DNA from: Eledone cirrhosa
Lineage: Eukaryota
Assembly (NCBI GenBank): GCA_964016885.1
Contig: OZ024741.1
Coordinates: 40,362,001-40,426,000 of the forward strand
DNA: 64,000 nucleotides
Direction of reading: 5' to 3'
A program made the position numbers and the translations under genes. Below the pieces are notes generated by a model, which did no database searches, was not told the DNA's origin, and was given only the letters and a program-made list of their open reading frames with translations. Within the stretch, counting starts at the first letter, position 1. Every line of letters begins with the position of its first letter. Below, piece after piece: positions 28,016 through 43,406 of this stretch.

Positions 28016-28650
28016 TTTACTAGGAATCTGCTCCAAGAGAAGATGCTTGTGAAGTTTTCATATTTTAGATTGCAATACTAGGAATCTGCCCATCGGTGAC
28101 TTTGTATGTTATTATATATGAATATGCTTCTCTGAATTATATATATTTTAGCCGTCTTTTTTCAATAAGATGTTTCGTATATTGGGGACAAATATCTGAT
28201 GTATAATATTTGCTACTCCTTAAATGTTGAGTTGATAGACGGTTTATATTGTGAGCTATTTCTACCGGCATTTTCAACTTGTCACATCGTTAATGATATA
28301 TAAATATTTACCTTGTTAGTCGATTTGCGCATGATTGTAGATTTGTGCACCATGCTGAATCAGTTGAGATGGATTCCGTTTACTAAGAGATTTATATTTT
28401 TTTTCATATACCTTAAAAGAATCCCCTCGATGAAAGAATCTTCTCGCAGTGTTGACTGTCTTAATCTATTGAGATAGTCAGTGCTGTTTCTTGGTTATGG
28501 AAACTGCAGTAAGGGGACATAGTAAAACCTTCTACTTTCAGACTGCTTTACTAGGAATCTACACGTAGGGGTAGACGCTAGTGAGGTTTTCTTGTTTTAG
28601 ATTACTTTACTGGGAATCTACCTGTCGGTGACTTTGTATACGTTATATTT
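28016..28650. repeat. Segment bounded by diverged ~100-bp direct repeats (28016-28115 and 28546-28650)
   Basis: TTTACTAGGAATCT...TTTTAGATT...ACT(A/G)GGAATCT...TCGGTGACTTTGTAT in both. Confidence 0.7.
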
Positions 28651-28660
28651 ATATATATGG

Positions 28661-28799
<139 letters not shown>

Positions 28800-28823
28800 T
28801 GTATGTGTGTGTGTGTGTGTGTA

Positions 28824-28883
<60 letters not shown>

Positions 28884-28923
28884 ACATGCCGAATCGCTAA
28901 GTAGTGGGATTATACTCAGGATC

Positions 28924-28954
<31 letters not shown>

Positions 28955-29079
28955 CATGTGTGCGTGTTTGTGTGTGTGTATCGTGTGTGTGTGTGTGTGT
29001 GTACACATGGTCTTGAATGGCAGACACAATCGGTCGCTCCGATTAAGTCTACCACCTAAGAACAGTAATGGCTCCGTTC

Positions 29080-29235
29080 ATGGTTTCTCACACAGTTTCC
29101 GTTTTCCAAACTTCACCCACAAAGCTTAATTTGACCCGAAGTTATAGAAAAATACCCGTATTCGTGGTACCGTACACAATAATGGAACACAGACGCATAG
29201 TGTTTTGAAGAGAACTTATTCCTCCTTCACACAGC
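29080..29235 (-). mobile_element. Decayed SINE S2
   Basis: CAGTTTCCGTTTTCCAAACTTCACCCACAAAGCTT..GACCCGAAGTTATAG..CACACAGC. Confidence 0.55.
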
Positions 29236-29745
29236 GAGAGAAAAGGATAAAAATTATGAAAGTTATCAAGCTTCAACCCTACTTTGCAAACAAATTATTT
29301 TCGGCTCATTGTATGACACAAGAAGTAACTGAGATAGATAATATATGTCAGATAATTGTTTCGTAAGGATACTCCATATGTGTATACAGCGCTTCAGAAT
29401 CACACGCAAACCATGAGAAGAAAAACAACTTAGTTTTCTCCTACGCTTTGTTAGTTTTGGCTGTTAAAAGACAGCAAGTCGTCTGCTGTAGGGCCGCCTT
29501 ATATCAAGTAGGGTCATGTACAGAGATAATCTTCAAAGGTTTTTTTTTTAGCATCATTTGGAACAATGCTTACCGCGTTGCACCATATGTAAACATACAT
29601 AAATTAATTTTTCTCCTTTGTATATTTTTTTAGTATACACAGAAGGTTGTAGGTTGTATATATATATATAGGCAAGCACGTATGTACTTTATATATTTAT
29701 ATATGTGTGTGTGCGTGTGTGTACTTTATATGTATATATATATAT

Positions 29746-29917
29746 AATGAAAAAAGAGGAAATCGAAAATGCAACTGGAGTCTTTTTTTTTTTTTAATAT
29801 ATTTATTTGGTTCCTTTACCGGTTTCGCAGTTCTTGTGCTTTTCAACAGTAGAATTGAGATGGAGGGTTTGTGGTTTTTCGCACATCTGATGTGAGAAAA
29901 ACCACAAACCCTCCATA
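29746..29917 (-). mobile_element. PLE-type family D short copy with U3-A8 HHR (29813-29850) and terminal fold-back
   Basis: Matches 41981-42130; ATGGAGGGTTTGTGGTTTTTCGCACATC is inverted at 29890-29917. Confidence 0.85.
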
Positions 29918-29940
29918 TATATATATATATACTTTATATG

Positions 29941-29997
<57 letters not shown>

Positions 29998-29998
29998 T

Positions 29999-30057
<59 letters not shown>

Positions 30058-30155
30058 TAATGTAGTATAAGTTTGATAGAAGTATCAAAAGGTAATACCA
30101 CTGAGTCCATAGGACGAGTTAAGTATAATCAGTTACAGCAGTGCTTAGTTACATT

Positions 30156-30203
30156 CAAGTGCTTAAGTTTCGTTGGGTTATACACTTTAACTCATTCAGC
30201 CTG
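30156..30203 (-). ncRNA. Degenerate hammerhead motif inside a ~350-bp element between (TA)n tracts (30060-30412)
   Basis: CAGG / CTGAATGA (1 extra nt) / GTT...AAC / GAAA / CTTAAG / CA (expected TH) / CTTG. Confidence 0.5.
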
Positions 30204-30410
30204 TTGCTCCAATGGACTGAATGTTTATTTGATTGTTATTTCTTTAGTTTTTTATGTTGTGTTGTACGAACCAGACTTCCCGATGCGAGGTATCATGTTA
30301 TCGAGGTGTTTAGGGTTTACAGTCAGGGCACAGCGGGAGGATAAGGAGCACGGTTTAGGATGTTTGCTGGGTGCTTGTGTATCAGTTGGAGCAATAACAG
30401 TCCTATTTAC

Positions 30411-30445
<35 letters not shown>

Positions 30446-30471
30446 TAAAATAGATGTTCTTTTGATCAATT

Positions 30472-30530
30472 ACACTTTATTATACATATTTCGGAGGTAC
30501 AACAGTACATCCTCATCAGACAAAATATTA
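30472..30530 (-). ncRNA. Hammerhead motif of PLE-2 (in the inverted segment)
   Basis: CTGATGA / GGATGTAC-TGTT-GTACCTCC / GAAA / TATG / TA; proximal stem I pairs poorly. Confidence 0.72.
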
Positions 30531-30817
30531 TGATACATGACATACCCTGAGATGTTAAATGGTTAAGATTTAATCAAGGTAGTGATTAACCCAAGAGAAA
30601 ATTCAACATTTATACCCTAATAATGAGAAAATGCGAAAACGTAATAAATTCAATAGAGAATGTGTAAGTAAGAAAAAACGTTGGTTAATGTGACAGCTAT
30701 AGAGATTTTAAAATGTAGGATACTACAAATTATGTTTATTTAGGAAAAGATCTCATGAATTATAACAGTCAATGAGGGCCGATGAGAGGGGATTTAGAGA
30801 AAAATATATGCAGAAAA

Positions 30818-32098
30818 GGAATTTTCATATTAAATATGATAAATAGAAAACTGCCGGAGATTACCGGTGGTTTATATAGGGACAACATTTTATTTACGGT
30901 GGTCAAACACAACAATATAGAACTAAATAGAGTAAAGAAAAGTATAATAGAATTCTTTAAAATGTACGACCTTAAGTTAGAAGTAGAAAATGGTACCAAA
31001 ATAGTTAATTTCCTAGACGTTACGTTTAACTTAAACACTGGCTTCTATTACCCTTTACATAAGCCCAATGAAAATTTAAACTATGTTAGTAACCATTACA
31101 ATCACCCTAAATCTGTAAAAAAAAAAGCTATAGTAAATAGTGTGCAAAAACGAATTAATAAAATATCAGCCAATAAAGCTATATTCGATGAAAACGCTGA
31201 ATACTACAACAACGCGTTAAAAAGAGCAGGATATGTGAATAATATAGAATATGTAGATAATAATAATCCAAGTATTAATCTTGATAAAAATAATAACTTA
31301 TATAAGAGAAACTCTAATAATTATAATTCAAACACCCATACGCCAAATAAATCGAGGATAAGAACTAGAACTAAATCAGTCATATGCCCCCCCCCCCCCC
31401 CTGCTTCGGTCGCAGTTAGAACACCAATTGCAAAATTATTCTTTAGCGCTTTGGACACCTCTTTCCCTACTCAACATAAATACCATTCCATTTTTAATAG
31501 ACACACCATTAAATTCTCGTATTCTACAACTATGAACATGACCCAAAACATTACCAAATTAAACACTAAAATCCTAAAACAAAACCAACATAATGATCTT
31601 AATAATAGAGTCAACATAAATGATACTAAACCAAAATGTAATTGTAGAAATAAAACTGACTGCCCTTTGCAAAATAATTGTCTAGATAGTAATTTGGTTT
31701 ATAAATGCACCGTAAAAACTGATCATAACACATACAACTACATAGGATCGACTTCTTCTACATTCAAAGCCAGATTTGCGAACCATAAATGCTCATTCTC
31801 GAACTCCAAGAGGAAATCATCCACTTCTTTATCACAGCTCATATGGTCATTAAAAGAGAGGAATCTAAAATACTCTATTCTTTGGACAAAACTTCGGAAT
31901 TGTGGAGTTTACCGCAACTCTAGTATATCAAATAACTGCGCGCTCTGTACAATGGAGACCCTGTTGATTATTAATAACTATGAGACCCTAATTAACAAAA
32001 AAAGTGAATTATTCTCTAGTTGCCTTCATAAAGCTACGTCCACATTTTTAGCCTCCCACAAAACTAGCAAAAAAGAGAGAGAAACACTAAACCATTAA
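30818..32098 (+). pseudogene. PLE-2 reverse transcriptase C-terminal part + Cys-rich linker + GIY-YIG endonuclease (5'-truncated; LYRDD reads LYRDN)
   Basis: GLYRDN, VNFLDVTFNL, HKPNENLNYVSNHYNHP, CNCRNKTDCPL, LVYKC...YIGSTSSTFKARFANH, CALC, INKKSELFSSCLH. The first 12 aa of the track ORF come from the inverted segment. Confidence 0.92.
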
Positions 32099-32191
32099 AA
32101 ACTTGGTTTTCAGACGTATATAATCAACAGGGAAAAACATTAATGGCCTTTAATATTGCATTATCTTATAACTATCTATAGAAGAAATAAT

Positions 32192-32374
32192 TGTTTCTAC
32201 TTTAGGCACAAGGCCAGCAATAACCAGTGCATTACTGGTACTTTATTTTATCGACCCCGTAAGGATGAAAGGCAAAGTCAACCTCGGCGGGATTTGAACT
32301 CAGATCGTAAAGGGACGTAACTATGCTGGAAAGCATGGCGTCCGACCCTCTACCGATACTGCCAATCCACCGCC
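32192..32374 (-). mobile_element. Full-length SINE S1 inserted in the PLE-2 3' UTR
   Basis: A box TGGCAGTATCGG, B box GAGTTCAAATCC; 15-bp TSD TATAGAAGAAATAAT at 32177-32191 and 32375-32389. Confidence 0.97.
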
Positions 32375-33468
32375 TATAGAAGAAATAATGCCTGAATGAT
32401 AGACATTTGTTTAATAACACGCGGGCACATTGATATACATAACGTAATATTATTAACTCTGATCCATACCATTATTTCTCTATCTTTATTTTCCTATCTA
32501 AGTTTTAAATTCTAGTTTAAATACCCAACCCTTATATTTTTACGAAAATTATTTTTAACTGTGAATCTTTCATGTGTTTACATTTTCGATTACTTATTTA
32601 TAATATGTATGTAATTATCTTTTGTAAGTTTTTAAATATACCTACCGTATTTTTATATCAATGATTCAAATATAGAGCAAATATCCAAACTATAAATTAT
32701 TATGGACCTTATTTTGAACTCTGAATTATCCATGCATTTATTATTGTTTTTCTTATATATATGTATGTATTTAACTGTAACACGTCGAAATCCTTTATAT
32801 AAGATTATAATCGTTATCATTTACCTAAAGTATACTGTATCACTAATACCTAATATATATCTATATACCTCCCTATATCTCTCTATACATAATCTTTAGA
32901 TAACTTCTAAATTTCTAGATTATTATTTATTTTGAACTACGAATAATTCATGCATTTACACCCTTTTATATATAGATATATATTTAACTTTAGCATGCTT
33001 CAATCTATTACTTTATATTCGTTATCATTTACCTAAAATATACTGGCTCATTAATATATATCTATATACATAATCGTTATTTAAATATTTCTAACAATAA
33101 GTACTTAATAAGCTTTACATACTGAAAATGTTGACATGCTGGCCAGGTAAATCCTTTAAATATTACCCTCATAAAATTCAGAAGTTTAGAAATGTTGACA
33201 CACTTATAGAATTTATAAAATTAATAAATATAAATAACCAGCAACTTTTAAAAAAAACCTTAAATCTTGATTCTTCACCCTAAAATAACATAAATTAAAT
33301 ATTTTGAAACTTAACCGTTTAGCTTTTGGAAAAAAATCTCTTTCTGCATATATTTTTCCCTCTCCCTAAATCCCCTCTCAGCGGCCCTCATTGACTGTTA
33401 TAATTATATGAGATCTTTTCCTAAATAAACATAACTTGATGCACCACTGATTTTTCGTTTTCTTGATA

Positions 33469-33943
<475 letters not shown>

Positions 33944-33977
33944 TATATATATATATATATATATTAGTTTTGCGAGG

Positions 33978-35579
33978 TGGAGTGAGGTGGAGTTCTGCGA
34001 CGTCGACACAGACGAACTGGGCCTCCTACTTAGACTTACCTACGACACTGACTACCTAGACAGCCATGACCTTAGACGTTTCTGCCCTAGTAGACCCATA
34101 AGAGGTAGACCCGCCACCATAACCTCAATGGCAAAAAAGACTCCCATGGGAAGGTGGATTGGGTGGACCAAAGCTATACGGACCCCCCAAAACAATGATC
34201 AGGTAAGAAAAATGGTCGCACATGCAATAGGGGCTAGTATCAAAACTACCCTCAAGGGCCACATATTTAAGTTCAACGAGAAGATCTACACCAAAAATGA
34301 AGGAGCAGCCATTGGCGTCAGCATAGCTGGTGATGTTGCCAACCTTTTCATGGTATGGTGGGAAAGGAGACTTAAAGATCTCCTTAATGAGAGCTCCATA
34401 GACCTCATCATGTACTCACGTTATGTAGACGATATCAATATAGTTATAAGAACATCCCCACTAAAGAGCACTAACAAGTTTGATTTGGAACGTAGCACAA
34501 TGGAAAGCATCCAGCAGATAGCTAATTCGATACACCAGAGTATAACTGTAACTATCAACTTCCCTTCCAAACACCCTAACAATAGACTACCTGTATTAGA
34601 CACAGAACTCTGGATTAACACTATAGACGAGAGAGCCCAAATTCTCCACTCACACTATGCTAAACCCATGGCCTCCAAATACCTGATACATAAAAACTCA
34701 GCAATGTCCAGTAGTGCCAAGTTTAATATTCTGATCGAAGATTTGGTACGAGTGATGAAGAATGTGTCCCGCATGTGCGACCCAACAGAAATGGAAAGAC
34801 ACATCCAACACTTCATCAACCGCATGCAGTTCTCTGGCTACAACCAAAGAGACAGAGTCAGAGTATACGAAGGAGCCATGGAGAAGTATAAGACCCTCAT
34901 AGAACTGGACATGAAAGGAATTTGCCCATTATACAGGAGCAAATCATGGAATAGCTTAGATAGGGCTAGACATAAGATAGGGAAAGCCACCTCATGGTAC
35001 GACAACCAGAGATACCAGAGTGTCATGTCTGTGGACGCTACCCCTGGAGGGAAATTAGCTAACCAGTGTAGAAAGGCCCTGAGAAAGACCCACTTAAAAA
35101 TTAAGGTGGTAGAAAAGCCAGGAACCACCATAAAATCCCTGAGCAGCAAAACCTACCCTTTTAAGAAAACCCACTGTACCAATAGGAAATGTATCATATG
35201 TAAGGTAAACCCCCGAATAAACTGTAAAACTAGAAACGTAGTCTATAGCATAAGATGTACAGAGGGTACTTGCAGAAACATGACAACAACATACATAGGC
35301 GAGACAGCTCGTAGCATAGGTGAAAGGATAGACCAACACTGGGGGGAACTAAAAGGACGAAAAAACGGGTCAGTACTATACGAACATGCCAGACAACAAC
35401 ATGACGGTAACATAGACAACATAGAAATTAGAATAATATCTAAACATAGAAATGACCCAGCAGATAGGCAAATCAGAGAGGCCAGTGAAATAGAACTTAG
35501 AAGACCAAGACTAAACAGAAAGAATGAATGGAATAACAACAACACCCAAACAAACAACACTGACCTAAGAGAAGTATAA
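33978..35579 (+). CDS. PLE-1 reverse transcriptase/GIY-YIG polyprotein, 5'-truncated but uninterrupted (Cys-rich linker as in Neptune-type PLEs)
   Basis: [96 protein letters not shown]. The upstream 33828-33977 part of the track ORF is unrelated flank. Confidence 0.93.
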   Translation, partial: WSEVEFCDVDTDELGLLLRLTYDTDYLDSHDLRRFCPSRPIRGRPATITSMAKKTPMGRWIGWTKAIRTPQNNDQVRKMVAHAIGASIKTTLKGHIFKFNEKIYTKNEGAAIGVSIAGDVANLFMVWWERRLKDLLNESSIDLIMYSRYVDDINIVIRTSPLKSTNKFDLERSTMESIQQIANSIHQSITVTINFPSKHPNNRLPVLDTELWINTIDERAQILHSHYAKPMASKYLIHKNSAMSSSAKFNILIEDLVRVMKNVSRMCDPTEMERHIQHFINRMQFSGYNQRDRVRVYEGAMEKYKTLIELDMKGICPLYRSKSWNSLDRARHKIGKATSWYDNQRYQSVMSVDATPGGKLANQCRKALRKTHLKIKVVEKPGTTIKSLSSKTYPFKKTHCTNRKCIICKVNPRINCKTRNVVYSIRCTEGTCRNMTTTYIGETARSIGERIDQHWGELKGRKNGSVLYEHARQQHDGNIDNIEIRIISKHRNDPADRQIREASEIELRRPRLNRKNEWNNNNTQTNNTDLREV

Positions 35580-35842
35580 ATAAGTAAATAAAATAAAATA
35601 AAATAAATAAATAAATAAATAAATAAATATACATACACAAGCACAATAACAACAAACACATAAACACACATTAGTCACCCAATCACGAACACACATCACA
35701 CATCAAACAAAACACTATACACACACGCAAACGCATGCGCAAAGAAGACAAAATAAAATAAACAAACAAGCAAATAAATAAATAAATATATAGACAGACT
35801 GAATAAAAATGGCGTAGCCATACAATTCAACAGGAGGAAACA

Positions 35843-35896
35843 ATAGCACCACTGACGATGTTGCAGATGTGCAACGAAAGATTTATGATAAACTAT
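35843..35896 (+). ncRNA. Type I hammerhead ribozyme motif of PLE-1
   Basis: ATAG-CAC-CA / CTGACGA(35852) / T-GTTGCA-GATG-TGCAAC / GAAA(35876) / GATT / TA / TG-ATAAA-CTAT. Confidence 0.8.
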
Positions 35897-36085
35897 ATAT
35901 GTGTTTGTGTCTATATTGTATCTGTATTATTTTTGACCGTCGGTCAGTCAATGGCAACATTGAGGACCGAGTATATTAGATTACCGATATAAAAGACACA
36001 GAGGCGAAAAACAGTGAGTGTGTTCTGTTATTAATTCTGGCAATATTACACAAATATGACCCTCCCCAAGTATAACTATATAACT

Positions 36086-36166
<81 letters not shown>

Positions 36167-36527
36167 TATATATATATATTTCAATGAGGTCTACCCTTCA
36201 TGGTAGGGTCCGTACCGTAGATAGAACTCAATGTAATCTGATAGCAAGTAATCTAGTGAAATCCATAGAAAGGTGCCGTGTTCCGCTGAGTTAATTCCTT
36301 AGATACAGAGTCTGATATTAGATATTAATTTGACAATGAAAATAATAATGACGAAGTCAAGTTATTGTGTCAATATAATCAACCTTCCGAAACGATCGTA
36401 AAACAATGATATTAATAGGCAAAACTTGACTTTGTTTTTATTATTTTCATTGTTAAATTATTATCTAATATATATACTGTATATATGTGTGCGAGTGTGT
36501 GTGTGTGTTTTTTTTTGTATATATACA

Positions 36528-36610
<83 letters not shown>

Positions 36611-37022
36611 ATACATATATATATACATATATATATATGTATACACACACACACATATATATATACATTTATATATATATACATATATATACATATATAT
36701 ACATATACAGATATATATGTAAAACAAGATTATCAAGGATTTAAATTAAATCATTTAAATGATTTACGACCGTTACGTAATACTAACAAGAATATTACAT
36801 TCCTATGAGAATAAGCTCATTATAACCGAGTAAATACAAATAATCTATATATTACAAGCCCAGGAATTCGAGCAATACAGCTAAATTATACATTGTAAAC
36901 AAACGCATTCAAATGTTGTTGGGAAAAAGTTAAAATATATGGGAGCATAAAGGCGTCATTAAAATTTACTGGCAATATATATATTTATATATATATGTGT
37001 GTGTGTGAGTGTGTGCTATATT

Positions 37023-37166
<144 letters not shown>

Positions 37167-37176
37167 TGCGCGCGTG

Positions 37177-37224
<48 letters not shown>

Positions 37225-37229
37225 GATAT

Positions 37230-38177
37230 CTTTCTTTATTTGCCACAGGGGCGTACAAAAATGGGATATTACAAAACGTGGCGCCGGGGGTTTTACATAT
37301 AAATAACTTTAACATTAATAAATAACAATAAACTATATATAATAAAATATATAAAATATATGTATAGATAGATATGTTTCTTTATTAGCCACAGGAGCAC
37401 AAAAGAAGGGGACAAATACAAAGGGGGAAGTTTACATACAATAAAAACGTGTAAAACATTATCACAAATGCAATATAAAATTAGTCGATTTTCCCCAATA
37501 GGGGGAGACAGTTCATATGGGTAACACATACCCCCGAAAAAATGGCAAACCCTCATCTCCAGGAGTACGAAGAGTTTGTACTCCTTTCCTCTCCTCCTCA
37601 TTTTCCTCAACCTACAGGCTGATATAGAGAGAAGGCTCATTCACTCGGGCCATTCTCGCCACTTTCACCCACCTTTCATAAAAATTGCTGGGGTAAAGCA
37701 CCTCTCTCTCCATCCTGATTCTTCTTCCAAAGTGGTATTTGAAAAAAGAATCAGTTGTTGGCCGGAGAGAAAGGTGTCTGACCTCAGCCCTTTCAACCTT
37801 GTCCACCATACAACCTCTTTCGCCATAGCTATCACATAAAGGAAAACCGCCTCTCCTTCGTTTTTGAAGGAGGGTGGCGGTTTGATCATGACAATAGACT
37901 CGGTGGTCAACCGGATTGGTCCCACCCGCGACAATAGTCGTTCTACATAGCCCCACAGGTCGGTGACGCCCGGGCAGTGTATGCATGTGTGCGCGACGGT
38001 TTCTTCGTCTCGCACGCACCTCGGACAGATCTTTTTTGCAGGGTCCCTGCCCGGGCACCCATGTCTGTAGACCTTGTCTCGAACTGGTAGAGCTCCTCAG
38101 TAGCACTGCCAGGCCAGGGACTTTTGGAAGTTGTCCATCGGTCCCGGGCGGAAGGTCCTACCGAACAGACTGGCCAG
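37230..38177 (-). mobile_element. L1/Tx1-clade LINE 3' fragment (37376-38177) plus an adjacent short related 3' end (37230-37350)
   Basis: Frameshifted C-terminal zinc knuckle (C..DEETVAHTCIHCP..LW), AKEVVWWTR, FYERW; both 3' ends finish GTGGC(A/T)AATAAA; the 5' flank is (GA)n/(GATA)n. Confidence 0.8.
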
Positions 38178-38193
38178 TAGATAGATAGATAGC

Positions 38194-38225
<32 letters not shown>

Positions 38226-38567
38226 ACGAGAGAGAGAGAGAGAGCGAGAGAGAGATAGAGAGAGAGAGTGAGAGAGTGTGAGAGTGAGGGAGGTAAAATC
38301 CTGACCATGGTGCCATGAGGTTTCAACTTGCGTCACTCTGCATCAACTCTGGCATTGAGTACTCCCATGATTAGTGGTATCCCCGGTATCTACACTGCAG
38401 GCTCTATACATATATATATATAACGTCATGTCTATATATATATATACAAAATCCTTAGCGTGAGAGAACCACTGCGCATATAAATATACACCTTTCTAAT
38501 ATATAGACATATAAACAGGCTAGAAATAAAAATTTTCCTGTAAATTTAGAGAAGAAAAAGGAGAGCA

Positions 38568-38612
38568 ACCTTTAATCGATTTTCAGACCTAATTGGATCT
38601 TTATCAGAAGAT
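38568..38612 (-). ncRNA. Hammerhead motif with a G8A change, within an element at about 38445-38700
   Basis: ATCTT / CTGATAA / AGATC-CAATTA-GGTCT / GAAA / ATCGAT / TA / AAGGT; palindromic stem III. Confidence 0.65.
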
Positions 38613-38720
38613 ATGTATATCATCTAAACAACCACAATGAAACATATATATAAGCCTATCAAATGCATGTTTCCTTGTGGAAACTCCTATATGTACTGAT
38701 ATCACTTTGTATCTATGTAT

Positions 38721-38814
<94 letters not shown>

Positions 38815-38816
<2 letters not shown>

Positions 38817-39230
38817 GGGTCACTCTTGAGTGCTACTTGTAACATGTAACCCAGTTTACTTGGTGAGGAGGGTGATTTTGGACACCCTGCAGGACAAACA
38901 ACAAAACCTGACAAAGTGCGGAAGAACGCATAAGAGTCAACGGCCATCCGAAAGTGTGTAAATATGTATATAGACATGTACCGCGTGGTTAAACCACTGG
39001 GAGTGAAGGACCCCTAACCTTTGTCAGGGCATTCTTCTAGGAGAAGGCAACTCAGGATACTAGAATAACTCCGATATAAAACCTGCGGCTCAGTAGTTAC
39101 CGATGATGTTGATCTTTTCTTCTTTTCGGGTTATAGCTACTGTCGCTCAGAGAGTGGGATTGGCTCAGTGCACAGTCTTTCCTCACATTAAAAGATATCT
39201 TCACGCACAGGCATTGCACGATAGAATTAA
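38815..39230 (+). mobile_element. Interspersed repeat resembling an RTE 5' region or an RTE-derived SINE; related to 48031-48200
   Basis: GTCACTCTT..GTAACATGTAACCCAGT..GGAGGGTGATTTT..TGTGTAAATATGTATA is shared by both loci; CTAGGAGAAGGCAACTC motif. Confidence 0.6.
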
Positions 39231-39452
39231 TTAATAATTATTAATAATGGTATATCCTGCAATGGCCATACTCGATGACGAGGGGGCAGCTACCATATAT
39301 ATGTATATACATGGTGGCTGCCAACTCGTTTTCGAGTACGGCCACTACTTTATATCCATGTAGGAGAACTCCTACCGATGCACTGAACGAGTGTGACTTT
39401 TTAGTCCATCCAGCGACTTGAAAACTCTGGTACAAACACTACACTTGTGACA

Positions 39453-39512
39453 ATTATTGACACGTAGTGCTGGGCCCATGGTACCATGGGCCCAGCACTA
39501 TGTGTCAATAAT
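39453..39512. repeat. 60-bp spacer-less palindrome (1 mismatch)
   Basis: ATTATTGACACGTAGTGCTGGGCCCATGGT|ACCATGGGCCCAGCACTATGTGTCAATAAT. Confidence 0.95.
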
Positions 39513-39582
39513 ACAGATATAAAGCAATGCCTGTGCCGTGAAGCTTTTATACATACATACATACATACATACATACACACAC

Positions 39583-39767
<185 letters not shown>

Positions 39768-40539
39768 TACATATATATAAATATACACACACACATATAT
39801 ATCTATGTATGCATTGTGTATGCATGTATCAATTCATATATATCATATTTATGTACGCACACACATACATACATACATACATACATACACATACTTATAC
39901 ATACGTACATTCATTCATACATACATACATACATACATACACACATAAATACATACATACATAAATACATACATAAATACATACATACATACATAAATAC
40001 ATACACACATACACACATACATACATACATACATACATACATACATACATACATACATACACACATAAATACATACATACATACATACATAAATACATAC
40101 ATACATACATACATACATACATACATAAATACATACACACATACACACATACATACATACATACATACATACATACATACATACATACACACATAAATAC
40201 ATACATACACACATACATATATTCATTCATTCATATATACATGCACGTTTACGTGTTAGAGGGTGGGATGTTTTTCCTCCTACATCTAGAATCAAAAGAA
40301 TGCCATTAAGAATTAAGTAACGTAATAGAACAATATGTCTGCTGGAAGTCTAGCCTTGTTGAGTACCTAACTGCCCATCACATACTATGGATAACATAGT
40401 CAATGGTAGAACTCTGTGGAAACGGTAAAGTAATATAGGCGGCCACAGTATCAGACAAGTGTTTTCGTAGCATTGTAGAGAAACCCTTTTGTAGGCACTG
40501 GTGCAGAAATCTATATAAATAATCTAAAGCATATTTCTA

Positions 40540-41263
<724 letters not shown>

Positions 41264-41286
41264 CATATATATAAATAGAAATATAT

Positions 41287-41322
<36 letters not shown>

Positions 41323-41475
41323 CTTACATAAATATATATATAAACATATATATATATACACGCATTAATATATACATATATATATATGTGCGTGTGTGTG
41401 TTTGTGTGTGAGCGTGCATGTATGTATATGAGTATGTGTACGTGTATTATGTGTACGTATGCATGTGTATGTATG

Positions 41476-41506
<31 letters not shown>

Positions 41507-41577
41507 GTGTGTGTGTGTGTATGTGTGTATGTGTGTATGTATGTGTGTATGTGTGTGTTTGTGTGTGTGTGTGTGTA

Positions 41578-41650
<73 letters not shown>

Positions 41651-41903
41651 ATGTCTATGTATGTGTGTGTGTGTATGTATGTATGCGTGTGTATGTGGTT
41701 GTGCCTATGTATGTGTGTGTGTGTGTGTATGAGTGTGTGTATCCACTGTTTCTTCAGTAGTTAGATGTTTTTATGATTCTTTTATTATCCATCTATTATA
41801 ACCCCTCCAGACGTTTTATTTTAACTATTTTCACACATAATACACCCTCCTCTCTTCTCACCCCCTCTCCCTCTTATATTAAACACACAAATCCACACAC
41901 CCC

Positions 41904-41980
<77 letters not shown>

Positions 41981-41984
<4 letters not shown>

Positions 41985-42686
41985 AAAAAGGGATGAAATC
42001 GAAAATGCAACTGAAGTCTTATTTTTTTTTAAAATATATATATTTATTTGGTTCCTTTACCGGTTTCGCAGTTCTTCTGCTTTTCAAAAGGTGAGTTGAG
42101 ATGGAGGGTCTGTGGTTTTTCTCACATCTGGTTGGTCTCTGAATGTTACTTGTTTTATATGGAAAAAGTGGCTCGAAAACCAGGTTTTTCGAGAAGTAAT
42201 TTGATTGGTTGGTCAATAATTATAATAAATTTCGCGCCAGTTCGCGTTACAATAGTTCTTCAAATAAGAGAGTGGGGGGGGGGGGGGGTTGTCACAGGTT
42301 GTTTTTTCATATATGAGTGTTTGAATTTCCTTTTACTTGAAAAAATGAGGCTCACGAAGGCTTTTTTTTGGTTGGTTATAAATGAAATTTGGCTGTCACG
42401 TGAACAAGTTTTCATTACATTTTTGCGCCCTTATTTGGAAAACTATTCTGTAGTCTTTATAGTGAATGTTACTCCCACACACATAACACCCATACACACA
42501 CATAACAACCCCCACACCTACAACACCCTCCCCATTTCTACTAATAGAACCACTTTCCTACACACATATATATAAACACTCACACAAAATATATATTCTC
42601 TCTATCTAACATACTCGCACACACACACATAACACACAACTCCCTCCCCCATCTCTACTAATAGAATCATCTTCCAATACACACAT

Positions 42687-42723
<37 letters not shown>

Positions 42724-43406
42724 AGCACACAAATAAACACATATCTTCAGTCTCAATAGAAAATCTGAACTCTGACACCTGAACTCTGACAGCTGGCCAT
42801 ATTCACTGAACCAGAACATTTCTCCCAATCCCTTTTCCCTTGACCACTATCTCTCCATTGTCATAACATTCACTATAAAGACTACAGAATAGTTTTCCAA
42901 ATAAGGGCGCAAAAATGTAATGAAAACTTGTTCACGTGACAGCCAAATTTCATTTATAACCAACCAAAAAAAAGCCTTCGTGAGCCTCATTTTTTCAAGT
43001 AAAAAGAAATTCAAACACTCATATATGAAAAAACAACCTGTGACAACCCCCCCCCCCTCTCTTATTTGAAGAACTATTGTAACGCGAACTGGCGCGAAAT
43101 TTATTATAATTATTAACAAACCAATCAAATTACTTCTCGAAAAACCTGGTTTTCGAGCCACTTTTTCCATATAAAACAAGTAACATTTAGAGACCAACCA
43201 GATGTGAGAAAAACCACAGACCCTCCACCTCAATTCACCTTTTGAAAAGCAGAAGAACTGCGAAACCGGTAAAGGAACCAAATAAATATATATATTTAAA
43301 AAAAAAATAAGACTTCAGTTGCATTTTCGATTTCATCCCTTTTTCTTTATACTTCCACTCGTGTAGGACACCTCAGTTATTTTTCATTTTGTAAAAAAAA
43401 CCTCAC

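Larger units (their letters stand above)
33963..36078 (+). mobile_element. Penelope-like element PLE-1, longer 5'-truncated copy in (TA)n
   Basis: RT + GIY-YIG ORF, HHR in the 3' region, and the same 3' end (CCCCAAGTATAAC) as the 22724 copy; 16-nt inverted tail at 33963-33978. Confidence 0.95.

Noticed and set aside
43060-43110. Second HHR-like string TTGAAGA...GCGCGAAA in family D
   Set aside because: Stem II is displaced from the core and stems I and III are unconvincing.
42048-43281. Duplicated protein-coding gene pair (MVPLPVSQFF...)
   Set aside because: Antisense reading of the inverted arms of repeat family D; no recognisable domain.
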